DNA of 64,000 bases from Eledone cirrhosa. Taxonomy: Eukaryota. The DNA lies in NCBI GenBank assembly GCA_964016885.1, contig OZ024742.1, positions 267,034,001 to 267,098,000 on the forward strand, read 5' to 3'. Of the stretch, positions 53,369 through 64,000 are shown piece by piece. The position numbers and the translations under genes were made by a program. Under the pieces are notes generated by a model. It worked only from the letters and a program-made list of their open reading frames with translations. It was not told the DNA's origin and did no database searches. Numbering within the stretch: the first letter of the stretch is position 1; the number at the start of each line of letters is the position of its first letter.

Positions 53369-54176
53369 GCTCTGCACTTGTATCTTTCCTACTGCTTTTG
53401 CTACTGTTATTAACATATTTGCTACTGTTCGCTGCTGAACAGGTGTTAAGCATCTGCTTTACTGCCAACTGACATTGGCTGAATTTGGTAGAATATTGCA
53501 CAACATGATTGCCTAGTGATGCATCGTCTATATATATGTTCTTCGTGTATTATTATTTTTGTAGCGTTTTCAATTTTCATTATACAATTACAATCAGCAA
53601 ACGTCGTAGTGCATCCAAGGCATGCTGCATTTTAATCGTGCTGGTTCCTTCTGAAATAATTCAGTTTATGCAACGACTTTTCATTCCATTTAAAATAAGC
53701 ACCTGAGGAGGAAATGTTATGATGTTATAGCATTGTATAAGATATTTTTGTGTTTTTAACTCGGTGGAATATGTACTTCAAATTTCGATTCCTTCCATAA
53801 AGAATACAATTATGTTTACATTTTCAGATGCTGTTTTAATTAATCATCGGGTATTTTGTTCCTGTGTTGCCGGCTATGGCTCATACCGCGTAATTAGCTA
53901 TGATTAAATCACTTATGGGTCTTGGGGTAGTGAGCTTTGGTTGCATGTAGGACGAGGAGAGACATGGTAAAGATAATGGTATCAGTCATCGAACGTGCTG
54001 CTTCTGATCGGCCAGAGGTGTCTGTTAGCATGAGAAATAGTAGACACTTTAATACGGTAGACCTAATTGAAACACAAGCCATTTCGTTTATTTATTGTAA
54101 ACTGGCAGTCGTACATATTTTTCTCAGATGAATTATTGACAAACCGAAACAATTAATCTTTTTACTTTAGCGCACG

Positions 54177-54187
54177 CAGTAGTAGTG

Positions 54188-54265
<78 letters not shown>

Positions 54266-54341
54266 GTAGTAATAGTAGTAGTAGTCATAGTTCTCGTCTT
54301 CGTAATCGATGTAGTCGTCGTAGTAGTTGTAGTAGAATTAG

Positions 54342-54395
<54 letters not shown>

Positions 54396-54480
54396 AACTA
54401 CTACTACTACTACCACCACTACTGCTGCTGCTGTTGCTTGCGCTGCTGTTGCTGCTGCTCATACTGTTGTTGTTGCCGCA
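54177..54480. repeat. (GTA)n/(CTA)n/(CTG)n compound trinucleotide microsatellite
   Basis: Directly visible. The GTA and TAC tracts are mutually complementary. Confidence 0.9.
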
Positions 54481-55085
54481 GTCTGTGCCTGTTGAAAACA
54501 ACCATTCACTACTTAATGTATGACAGTTATTTCAGAAATTAAACAATTACATAAAAAATATGAATTAAAATAAAAATTAAAAGACATGATATTCACATGA
54601 AAGTATAACTACTTTTCATGAAATAATCCCACTATGTAACACAGTAATCCCTCTGGTGCACAGCACGATAGATGCTTACAATAGATAAGTATATACGTTA
54701 AAGCTTGTCGTATTAGTAAGTGCCATCTTGTACAAAATCACCTTACATTGCACAATTCACAATAAGCAGATTGGTTTTCACATTTCTTTATCCAACTTTA
54801 TTGAAACTTTCCTCGTAACATTCTCTTTGAACTGGCACTTTCATTATTGTATCTATTTCTCTATCACATTACCATCTCTCTCCTTCACACTTTCTTATCA
54901 TTCTCTTTCTCTGTCATATTGTTTCTTTCTCTGATAATTTCTCTATTCTATATATTTCTCTATCACATCACGATCTTTTTCCTCGGCACATTCACACTGT
55001 TCTCTCTTCTTTTATATCTCTTTCTATTTCACCATCCTAGCTAATTCTCTTTCCTACCGAAAATTCTCTCTCTCTCCCCCTCCCC

Positions 55086-55139
<54 letters not shown>

Positions 55140-55395
55140 GGGGAGGTAGAGGCGTTGAAGAGAAAATTCGTAATGACTTCGAAGTTTCAAATTGGTTGCA
55201 GTGACTCAACTATGCTGAAAAAAAAAAGAAAACATCAACAACACTGCTATGATTCCCCGCAGAGAATAAAATTTACACACTGCTTCCATGTATTGACATC
55301 TCATTCAGTTGTTGTTTTGAAGGTTTGAAGAACACTGGCGTTTTAAACATACATTCCAATCTTTCTCTTTCTCTATACACACACACATATACGCT

Positions 55396-55485
<90 letters not shown>

Positions 55486-55519
55486 CTCACATATATATAT
55501 ATATTAAATACATGAAACA

Positions 55520-56835
55520 AACAAAACACAGGGCGTTATTTTACACAGTTATATTAGATTCTCGCTTGATGGAAGTGGAAGAGGTTTCAACGTTTCGGAC
55601 AGAGGTCCTTCTTCGGGAAAGTTCGGATAAGGAGAGAACAGATACACGTAACTGTTGTTTGAGAAGGTAAGGGAAGGAAGTTAGAAAAAACTGGTGATAC
55701 TGTGAGGTGGGTGAAAGGTCTGGATTGGGGGGACAGGGTGGTGGGTAAGTGGCTAGCATTTGTGTGGTTGTGTGTGTGTGTCGAAGGGAATACATTGGTA
55801 AATGTGCGTGGCTTAAGTCTACGCGAAGTGTGCACACTAGTATGTGTGTCTGTGTGTGTACGTGGGAGTGTGTGTGGGAATATTTCTGTTATTTCTATGT
55901 ATGTGAGTGTGTCCAATTGCGCGCGTCTGTGATTTTGTAAGTGTGTGAGAGTGTACGTTTGTGTGTGTATATGTCTGTGTATATGATCGTTCTATTGTTT
56001 TTACGTATGTTTGTATGTAATTTAGGGTGTGTGTATATTTCCAGATGTGTATGTTGTATCCACAAGATTGTCGGGGTTGTGTTCGGTCAGTAGAGGGAAT
56101 ATATTAGGTACATGTGTGTATGGTGGATATGTGTATGTTTATGTGTAGGTACGTCTGTATGTGTGTGTGTGTGATGGAGTATCTTGTAGGTAATTCAGGA
56201 GAGAAAAGCAATGATCAAGTATAGTAGAGCGAGGCCAAGGAAGGTTTGGTCAGGGCGGAAGTGTGAGGAGGGGAGGTAGTGGCGCTCGCAGAATGGAAGT
56301 GAGTGGAGAAGGGGTAGTGTTGGTGGAGTGTGTGCAAGTTTGTGTAAGTGTGTATTTAGTAGTAAATGCCGTGGTAAGTAGTGGGATGGGTCTGTGAGGC
56401 TAGGTGAGGTGGGAAGGGGCTATGTTGTGTTAGTGAGGGGGGTGGGGTGGTCAGTTAGAGGTTAGTGAGGTAGAAGGGGGAACAATGGTTAAAAGGAGGA
56501 ACAGTGAATGTTCGTGTGTGCGCTTGAGTATGTGTGTGTGAAACTATTCTCATATTTCTATGTATATGAGTATGTACGTTTGTTTGAGTGTGTATATATG
56601 GTGTCGTCGGAGTTGTAAATGTTGAATACGCACGAGTTGTTTTGTCCTCCTTTTATTCTCATTTTTCCACCTTCTCACGCTCCATCTTTCTATTTACTCT
56701 ATTTCTAACTCTATCTTCTGATGAAAGACTAATGTCTGAAAGGTTAAAAAACTTTTCCTCCTATTTCAGGTGTTAAACTAATATATTTTCTCAATGTACT
56801 GTGTCATTTGCTTTGTTATTTCTATTTACCTTTTA
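55520..56835. mobile_element. Decayed Poseidon-type pLTR/3'UTR sequences with outward-facing HHR-like motifs
   Basis: Reverse complement TTTC-CCGAAGA-A-GGAC ctct GTCC-GAAA-CG-TT-GAAA at 55585-55620. CTGATGA-A-AGAC taat GTCT-GAAA at 56718-56741(+). GT-rich interior resembles 35.2-36.4 kb. Confidence 0.55.
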
Positions 56836-56986
56836 CAAACACATATACACACACACATACATACACAGACACACAGACACACAAACATCCTCCCCACCAC
56901 ACACATATATGTATATATATGTGTATATATATATAGAAAGAGTGAAGAATAACATGGTCAACAGTACAAAAAAGGGGTTTTATTTA

Positions 56987-57071
56987 CAGTATTAACAATT
57001 GTTTCACTGATTAAGTTGTCTAAAAATTGCTGAACACAATGTTAGCTTAACCAGATCATCAGAAAGGACTG
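56987..57071 (-). ncRNA. Hammerhead ribozyme motif in a short module between (TA)n tracts
   Basis: Reverse complement: CTGATGA-T-CTGGTTAAG...CTTAATCAG-T-GAAA-CAATTG-TT, with palindrome ACAATTGT and an imperfect stem I. Confidence 0.65.
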
Positions 57072-57144
<73 letters not shown>

Positions 57145-57439
57145 AAATAACAGGAGGCTGGACTTGTGTAAATACTTGAAAGGTTTATTATACTATGATC
57201 AATTCAATGACCGGGTCCCGTATGAATCCGGTGATATCATCAGGTATTCAAAATAAAATAAATGAACGTAACAGATAAAATCCATGGAGCTGAAAATCAT
57301 AGAGCCAAGGACGACCGGCCATCTAGCATCTTCCACTTTAGCCGGTCGCCCTCAAGTGCTGCTCATTCGGCCTACTAAGGCGATCTGGTGAGGGGGCTGA
57401 AGCTTATAGTGTGCTACTAACCTCCCGGTCAAAGAGAAG

Positions 57440-57590
57440 AAAAGCAGAAAGGAAGAAGAAGAAAAGTCAGCGTTAATGTCATGCTACAAGAAAAAAAGAC
57501 AGAAAGAAAGAGGAAGAAAAGTCAGCACTAATGTCATGCTACAAGGAAGAAGAAGAAAAGTCAGCGTTAATGTCATGCTACAAGAAAAAA
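57440..57590 (+). repeat. Three tandem copies of gaagaaaagtcagc(g/a)(t/c)taatgtcatgctacaag
   Basis: Directly visible. Confidence 0.85.
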
Positions 57591-58240
57591 GACATTTTAT
57601 ATTATTGTAAGATGTATAAAATTATTTTCAGTCTTTTAATATAAACAACTACAAAAAACAATCAATATTAGATAAATATATTTTACATAATAATTGTTAT
57701 AGTTGAATTAATAAAAATTAAATATTACATACAAATAGTCTAACATAATAATAAAAAAATAATATAACATAATAATAATAAAATAATCTAACATAAAACG
57801 AACAATAATATGGACAAATATACAAGTAAATATGATACAACCAATATTATAAGCATGTTATAACGAACTGATAAAAAAATAGTTAATATAAATTTAAAAA
57901 ATCATATATAAATTAACAATATAACTTACCAAAACGAGAAAAATATTTTGATGATAAAACGACGAAATACAGGAGGAAGATTCAAAAGCCAAACGATAAA
58001 TAAACGTGCAAACAAAGTGGATGATGCTTTTGAGGAACAATTATTCTCATTAGCTGATTAGCCAATAAGACGATGAAATGAGCCAATAAGACGATACATT
58101 ACAAAAGATGTTTAGCAGGTATCACCACGGCCAGCGAAACGCCTTGAAATTTTTATTGACAGGCTACGCATGTATGTCATCAGAATCAGAACAAACATGC
58201 AGGCTTAAAGCATTCTGTTGTTAGTCACTGCGTGTCTAAC

Positions 58241-58283
<43 letters not shown>

Positions 58284-58311
<28 letters not shown>

Positions 58312-59105
58312 TTGCAAAATTTCTTATCTGAAAACGTGTGTTGAAACACATATTGTTGTACTTTGCATGCAGCCAATAAAACACACGCACCTGCTGATTT
58401 TCAATTCAATTTATTATAAACATCCAGTTGGGTTGTTTATTAACCGGATGGTTGTTTATTTATTTATTATCAAAGCTCTTTCGTGACACATTTCCTGACC
58501 TCCTCAGTAACTAATTTGTTATTTTGTGTCTCCCCTTTATTCCGCTCTACACAAAACAGCTCACAAAAACAAGATGGTGTAGGACAGAACAAAGGAGATA
58601 CACAAAATAAGAAATTAGTCGCTGACGAGATCATAGAATATATATATCTGCACGCGCATGCAACACAATCACTAAGAGCACCACCACTACACAGCTTATG
58701 CACCCAGCACCAACGTCCCCATCAACACCACCACCACTACCACTAATGCTACCACGAAAGCACAGAGCAAAGAAGAGACACAAAATAACAAAATCAGTTA
58801 GTGAGGAAGTCACAGAATGTGTGGCGAAAGAGCTTTGACAATCAACAAATATATCTATACGTTTATGTATTTGTTCTGCAAGATATTTTATGTAAAATCG
58901 TGTGTTGAAACTAATATTGTTATATCACGTTTGTGCCTTCTCCTTTTGGTACTCTTAAACGTGTGTTTCTTTTAACTGGTAATATTGGCAACATAGCCAA
59001 GAATATGGAGTAGAAGTTTAAGAATGAGTAAAGGGGAGACACAAAACAAATAATCATTCAGTATTTCACAGAATTCGTGACGAAAGAACTTTGATAAACA
59101 ATTGA
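58284..59105. mobile_element. Diverged pLTR fold-backs related to the 10.2-14.3 kb Penelope family
   Basis: atttgtt..gcaa..atctgaaaacgtgtgttgaaac at 58284 and 58870. HHR-like motifs at 58468-58510(-), 58797-58840(+) and about 59065-59095(+). Confidence 0.75.
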
Positions 59106-59547
59106 ATATCGAACAATAAAGAGAAAGTGGGGTTAGTTGTGAACAGCTGATCCCTATGTGTAGAGCAAAAGTCGGGTAAAAATGTAAGCACATATTGAGC
59201 GGAAGAACGGTGAGGGAGAGAGAGAGAAGAGAGAGAAGAGAAAAGGAGAGAAGAGGAGAGAAGATGGAGCAAAATAGACTTGGAGGGTTGCGAATAATAA
59301 AAATGATGGGGAAAGAATGAAGAATGTAGATTAAAGAGAAATACATTTATAGAGTAATAAAGATCTCTTCAGCTTTCTTCTATATTCACATGGTTTAGCA
59401 CGGGAAAAAGGAAGTACCATATATAGATATATATATATTATATATATATAAGGTTATCCAGCGCAACCGCACCAAAAATGTCTGTTGGCCTGACGCGGGT
59501 ATAGGCAAAATAAACAAGACTAAAGTAGGGAGCAGTTTGAACGACAA

Positions 59548-59735
59548 AATAATTGTTTCTACTTTAGGCACAAGGCCAGCAATTAACCAGTGCATTACTG
59601 GTACTTTATTTTATCGACCCCGTAAGGATGAAAGGCAAAGTCAATCTCGGCGGGATTTGAACTCAGAACGGCAAGGGCCGTAACTCTATGCGTCAAAGCA
59701 TGGCGTCCGACCCTCTACCTATACTGCCAATCCAT
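59548..59735 (-). mobile_element. tRNA-derived SINE
   Basis: Same core as the copies at 19265-19450. Confidence 0.88.
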
Positions 59736-59827
59736 AATGCCCTGGCTTTTGACTCGGAGGTGAAATTTCTTGGTGCAAAGCCCACAGCCATTCGCGAGTG
59801 AAGGTTTCTGTACCATTATTTATATAT

Positions 59828-59897
<70 letters not shown>

Positions 59898-59991
59898 AGA
59901 AAGTAAGTTATGCGTTTATTTATGTCCATGTGTATTCTACTTTTAATTCAGCCCAGTAAATTTATAGTGTAATATAATACAAATTAACATA

Positions 59992-60329
59992 TCTATATAT
60001 CTAAAACAGAGAATGTCTGTCTGTGTGTCTGAATCCCTAGAGCTCGAGAACCACTCAACCGATTGTTTTCAAACTTTACACATGTAATACTTATAGTCCT
60101 GTGAGTGTTTTGAGCAAAAGAAATTTTTTAATGCCCCAGGGACAGCATTAGGCGAAAAAGCGATCTCTCTCTCTCCCTTAGTCTTTCTTTTTAGATAGAT
60201 ACATAATGTTGCGCCATTATAATATCTGTCTGTATATCTGGCTGTCTGCATTACCACATTATGATGCTGTGTGTGTGTATATGTATATTTATATAGTCTG
60301 TATATATGTATATATATATATAGTGTGTG

Positions 60330-60410
<81 letters not shown>

Positions 60411-61923
60411 TGGGTGTGTGTGTGTAACGTTTTTCGAAATATTTACTTCTGTTTTCACAGATTGATTTTTTTTAGAAGATCCCGTTAAGGGTGACAGCAG
60501 CGATTCTTTGCTTAAACTTTAATCTGTTATTTTAATATATATATATATTTAACAACGTTCAACACTCACTAAAATGGGATATCGTGGCTAGGGCCCAACC
60601 GTTCAATGGACGAAGAAAATCTTGTGATCTCTCTATTACGGAAGCATATTACATAACTCTATCACCACCTCTACCGATTAACGATAGAACGGAGGTAACC
60701 ATTAGCTGTCAACATCGAAGGGCTAATTCCTTCGCCAATAGAATTTTTGACCCAACTTAGTCATGTAGTCCCATTTTTACGTGTAGCTAATAAGTTAAAT
60801 TGCTATGAACAACTCGATAATTATAAGTTACACTGTCTCTCAATTAAAAAAATTTAAAAATTAGCAGTTAACTATAAACACCCACAATTTCTAATCTCTC
60901 GAGAAGTTACTTCCCCTGAAACCACCCTCTAATTAGTAAGGTAAATGTTCCCTTTGGCAGCCATCTTGTTACCCATAGGCAGATCTCACACAATGCAGCC
61001 TCGATAGATGAATACTGCTTGATTATGGCTGACAACTGATGCAACCAAGACACCATAGTAAAAACCAATATATGGAACATTATATTATGTAACATTATCC
61101 CATTATTTTAATTTATATTCCTTTGAAGTTCCGATGAGCCACTCTGCTTTTTAAATATGTTAATTATTTTCAACTGAACCAGATCAATTATGATATATAG
61201 TCATCTGCTCCAGAAATATTATATGGAGTAGCGAAACAATTGTAAACGGACATTATTATTATTAATATTATTATTATTATTCTCTACATTCCTTACATCA
61301 AACTAAAATATGTTGACAATCTTTTAATAATGTCTTCCTTGTGAAATTTGTGGTCTTGTTTGGCTTAACTAATGAATATTTCCAGCTCTGCATGAACCCA
61401 GCCACCTAGCTGCTTTCTACTGCATATTGAACATTGAGCACATGCCTTTACGCTTTGGCTTCTAACTAACTCACCAATCTCTCCTCTCATATCTCCTTTA
61501 CTATCTCCACCTCTCTCTTTAAGATTGGTTACTCTTGAACTGTGTATATATATATATATATATTCGTGTACAGATATCTTTGCATACAATATAACAAAAT
61601 ATAAACAAAAGTATTTATTTCGCGATAAAGTATTGATTTTCTTCGCACGGAAAAAACCCTGGTAGTCTACGATGAATTATTATTATAAGCACAAAATGTA
61701 GACACCATCTCGAGGTATTCCGTACTTCTTTGTACTGTTATATATATATATATATATAATTATATATTCGTGTACTGATATTTTTGCATACACAATAACA
61801 AAATATAAACAAAAATATAAACAAACGTATTTATTTCACGAGGCTCGATAAGGATATATATATATATCAAATATTAAAGGAAGTCTAGAGCAAATCTCGA
61901 GCAACGCCGGGTCATTCTGCTAG
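59992..61923 (+). mobile_element. Non-autonomous Helitron
   Basis: 5' A|TCTATATATCTAAAA..tgtctgtctg, 3' hairpin ctcgagcaacgccggg followed by ..CTAG|T. Inserted between A and T with no TSD. Confidence 0.75.
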
Positions 61924-62847
61924 TATTAATTATTGCTGAAACGAGGCCATATTATCACGATATCATGCTTTAATTATTTTATTTCATTCTAACATTTAAA
62001 TTAACTTGTTTCCGCAAAGATGTAATACGTTTATTTCTTTATTCTGGTTAATTCTATGCAGCTCGCCTTCCGATATCATCTGCTATAAAAGCGGTTTTGT
62101 CTCAGTTATTTTAAACTAGAGTATTTCTGTACTTTTAATGTTTATAAACTTCTTTTTCAGTTGTCTGAAATATATATGCCTATCTTTACTTATAAAACTG
62201 CTACAGGAAGCCTTATATTGTCATTATATGCTAACATGTCTAATCCTGTAGTTTCTCGTTTATACGTTTCTCTCGAGACGCCACTTCATTATCCGTCCGT
62301 CATAATACGAAGACGAAAATTAATCTCATTAAATGAATGTATATGCGTCAAAATGATGGTGCAAACAGTGTTTATGCAGTGATACTTTCTATAATATTTG
62401 TTGACACGATACAGACGGTAGACAGGTCTTAGTAACGGTCATATGTAATACATGACGTAGCTAAATGCTAAGTTTGAGGAATTTAAAAGTTAACAAGTGA
62501 GCTCCTATGTGGTCGTGTCACTGGTTAAAAAATATTCTCTCACACTTTTATAAGAATACATGAAGTAATATAGTCACAGCGCCCACCAAAAGATGATAGT
62601 TGGCTAAAGAACAAAGGCGTTTTATATAAAATTGAGTTGTTTGCAGAATTAAAAGGGTTCCAGTAGATAAGAAAACAAAATCTATCCATAGAAAAGCGTT
62701 CTCTAATACAAGATTTATCATCATGTAGCTATTCCGTTTGTTGTCATATTATGTGGTGATATTAAAATATTACTTGTAATACTTTGGACATCGAAAACGA
62801 CGTATCTTTAGATATATGTGTGTGTATGTGTTTGGGTATATATATGC

Positions 62848-62906
<59 letters not shown>

Positions 62907-62976
62907 TGTGTGTGGGTGTAGTTGTGTGTATGGGTGTGGGTGTGGGTGTAGATATGTATTTATATATATATAATAA

Positions 62977-63635
<659 letters not shown>

Positions 63636-63637
63636 TA

Positions 63638-63770
63638 AGTTATTCCGGGTTGAATCGGAGGTAACCACAGTAAGTAAGGTACTCAATACATAGCAGAGTA
63701 TAAAAGTTTTAATATAGATGAGATTCTACAGGACTAGAACTGTTTCATTCTTTAGAAATCATCAGGAATC
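63638..63770 (-). mobile_element. Short copy (tail + HHR) of the 34162 module family
   Basis: Nearly identical to 34162-34294 and ends just 5' of the ribozyme. Confidence 0.88.
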
Positions 63771-63837
63771 AGAGATTCTCTCTCTCTATATATAATAGTA
63801 ACATTAATAAACATGCTGCTGTTACAAAAATCGTTTA

Positions 63838-63927
63838 TTCATTATAATTATTTCAAAGGTTCTCCAATGCAATCAAAATGTAATTCATGCATTTGTTGTT
63901 GTTTTGAGAACAGTATCCTCAGATGAA
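63838..63927 (-). ncRNA. Hammerhead ribozyme motif with long stem II
   Basis: Reverse complement: TTCAT-CTGAGGA-tact-GTTCTC...GAGAAC-cttt-GAAA-TAATTA-TA-ATGAA, with palindrome ATAATTAT. Confidence 0.6.
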
Positions 63928-64000
63928 ATCCGACAGGAAAAAACAAACGTCCTTCTGCTTGTGCGTCCAGCAGCATATCACAAAATCGAATTTCATCTGA

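Noticed and set aside
53370-54130. Possible decayed DNA-transposon coding sequence
   Set aside because: Short ORFs only, with no identifiable catalytic motif.
57205-57250. HHR-like CTGATGA on the minus strand; similar partial cores at 9385-9440, 14430-14490, 28540 and 41110
   Set aside because: GAAA box or stems are missing, so they are too degenerate to call.
57440-57590. Repeat-spacer-like pattern resembling CRISPR
   Set aside because: There are only three copies with purine-rich non-unique spacers, in a eukaryotic context with no cas genes.

Overview
This is an AT-rich eukaryotic window full of microsatellites, with no host protein-coding gene I can support. The SINE family and (TA)n/(CA)n density suggest a cephalopod (octopus-like) genome, which is an inference. 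It holds nested retroelements: two Tx1/L1-type LINEs, an RTE LINE, a CRE-type RLE LINE, three Penelope-like elements (PLEs), several SINEs and a non-autonomous Helitron. It also has a nearly intact CR1/L2-group LINE whose ORF2 lacks an upstream AUG and is probably reached by a -1 frameshift. The main hidden signal is about 30 minimal type-I hammerhead ribozyme (HHR) motifs from roughly 15 unrelated sequence families, read by eye. Most have palindromic stem/loop III, and two families carry a compensatory U3-A8 core. They mostly sit in short ORF-less modules inserted in (TA)n tracts, either as fold-back inverted pairs with both ribozymes reading outward or as partial tandem repeats. One inverted duplication spans about 18 kb (34.2-52.2 kb), and each arm carries different later insertions, so each arm shows the other's empty site.
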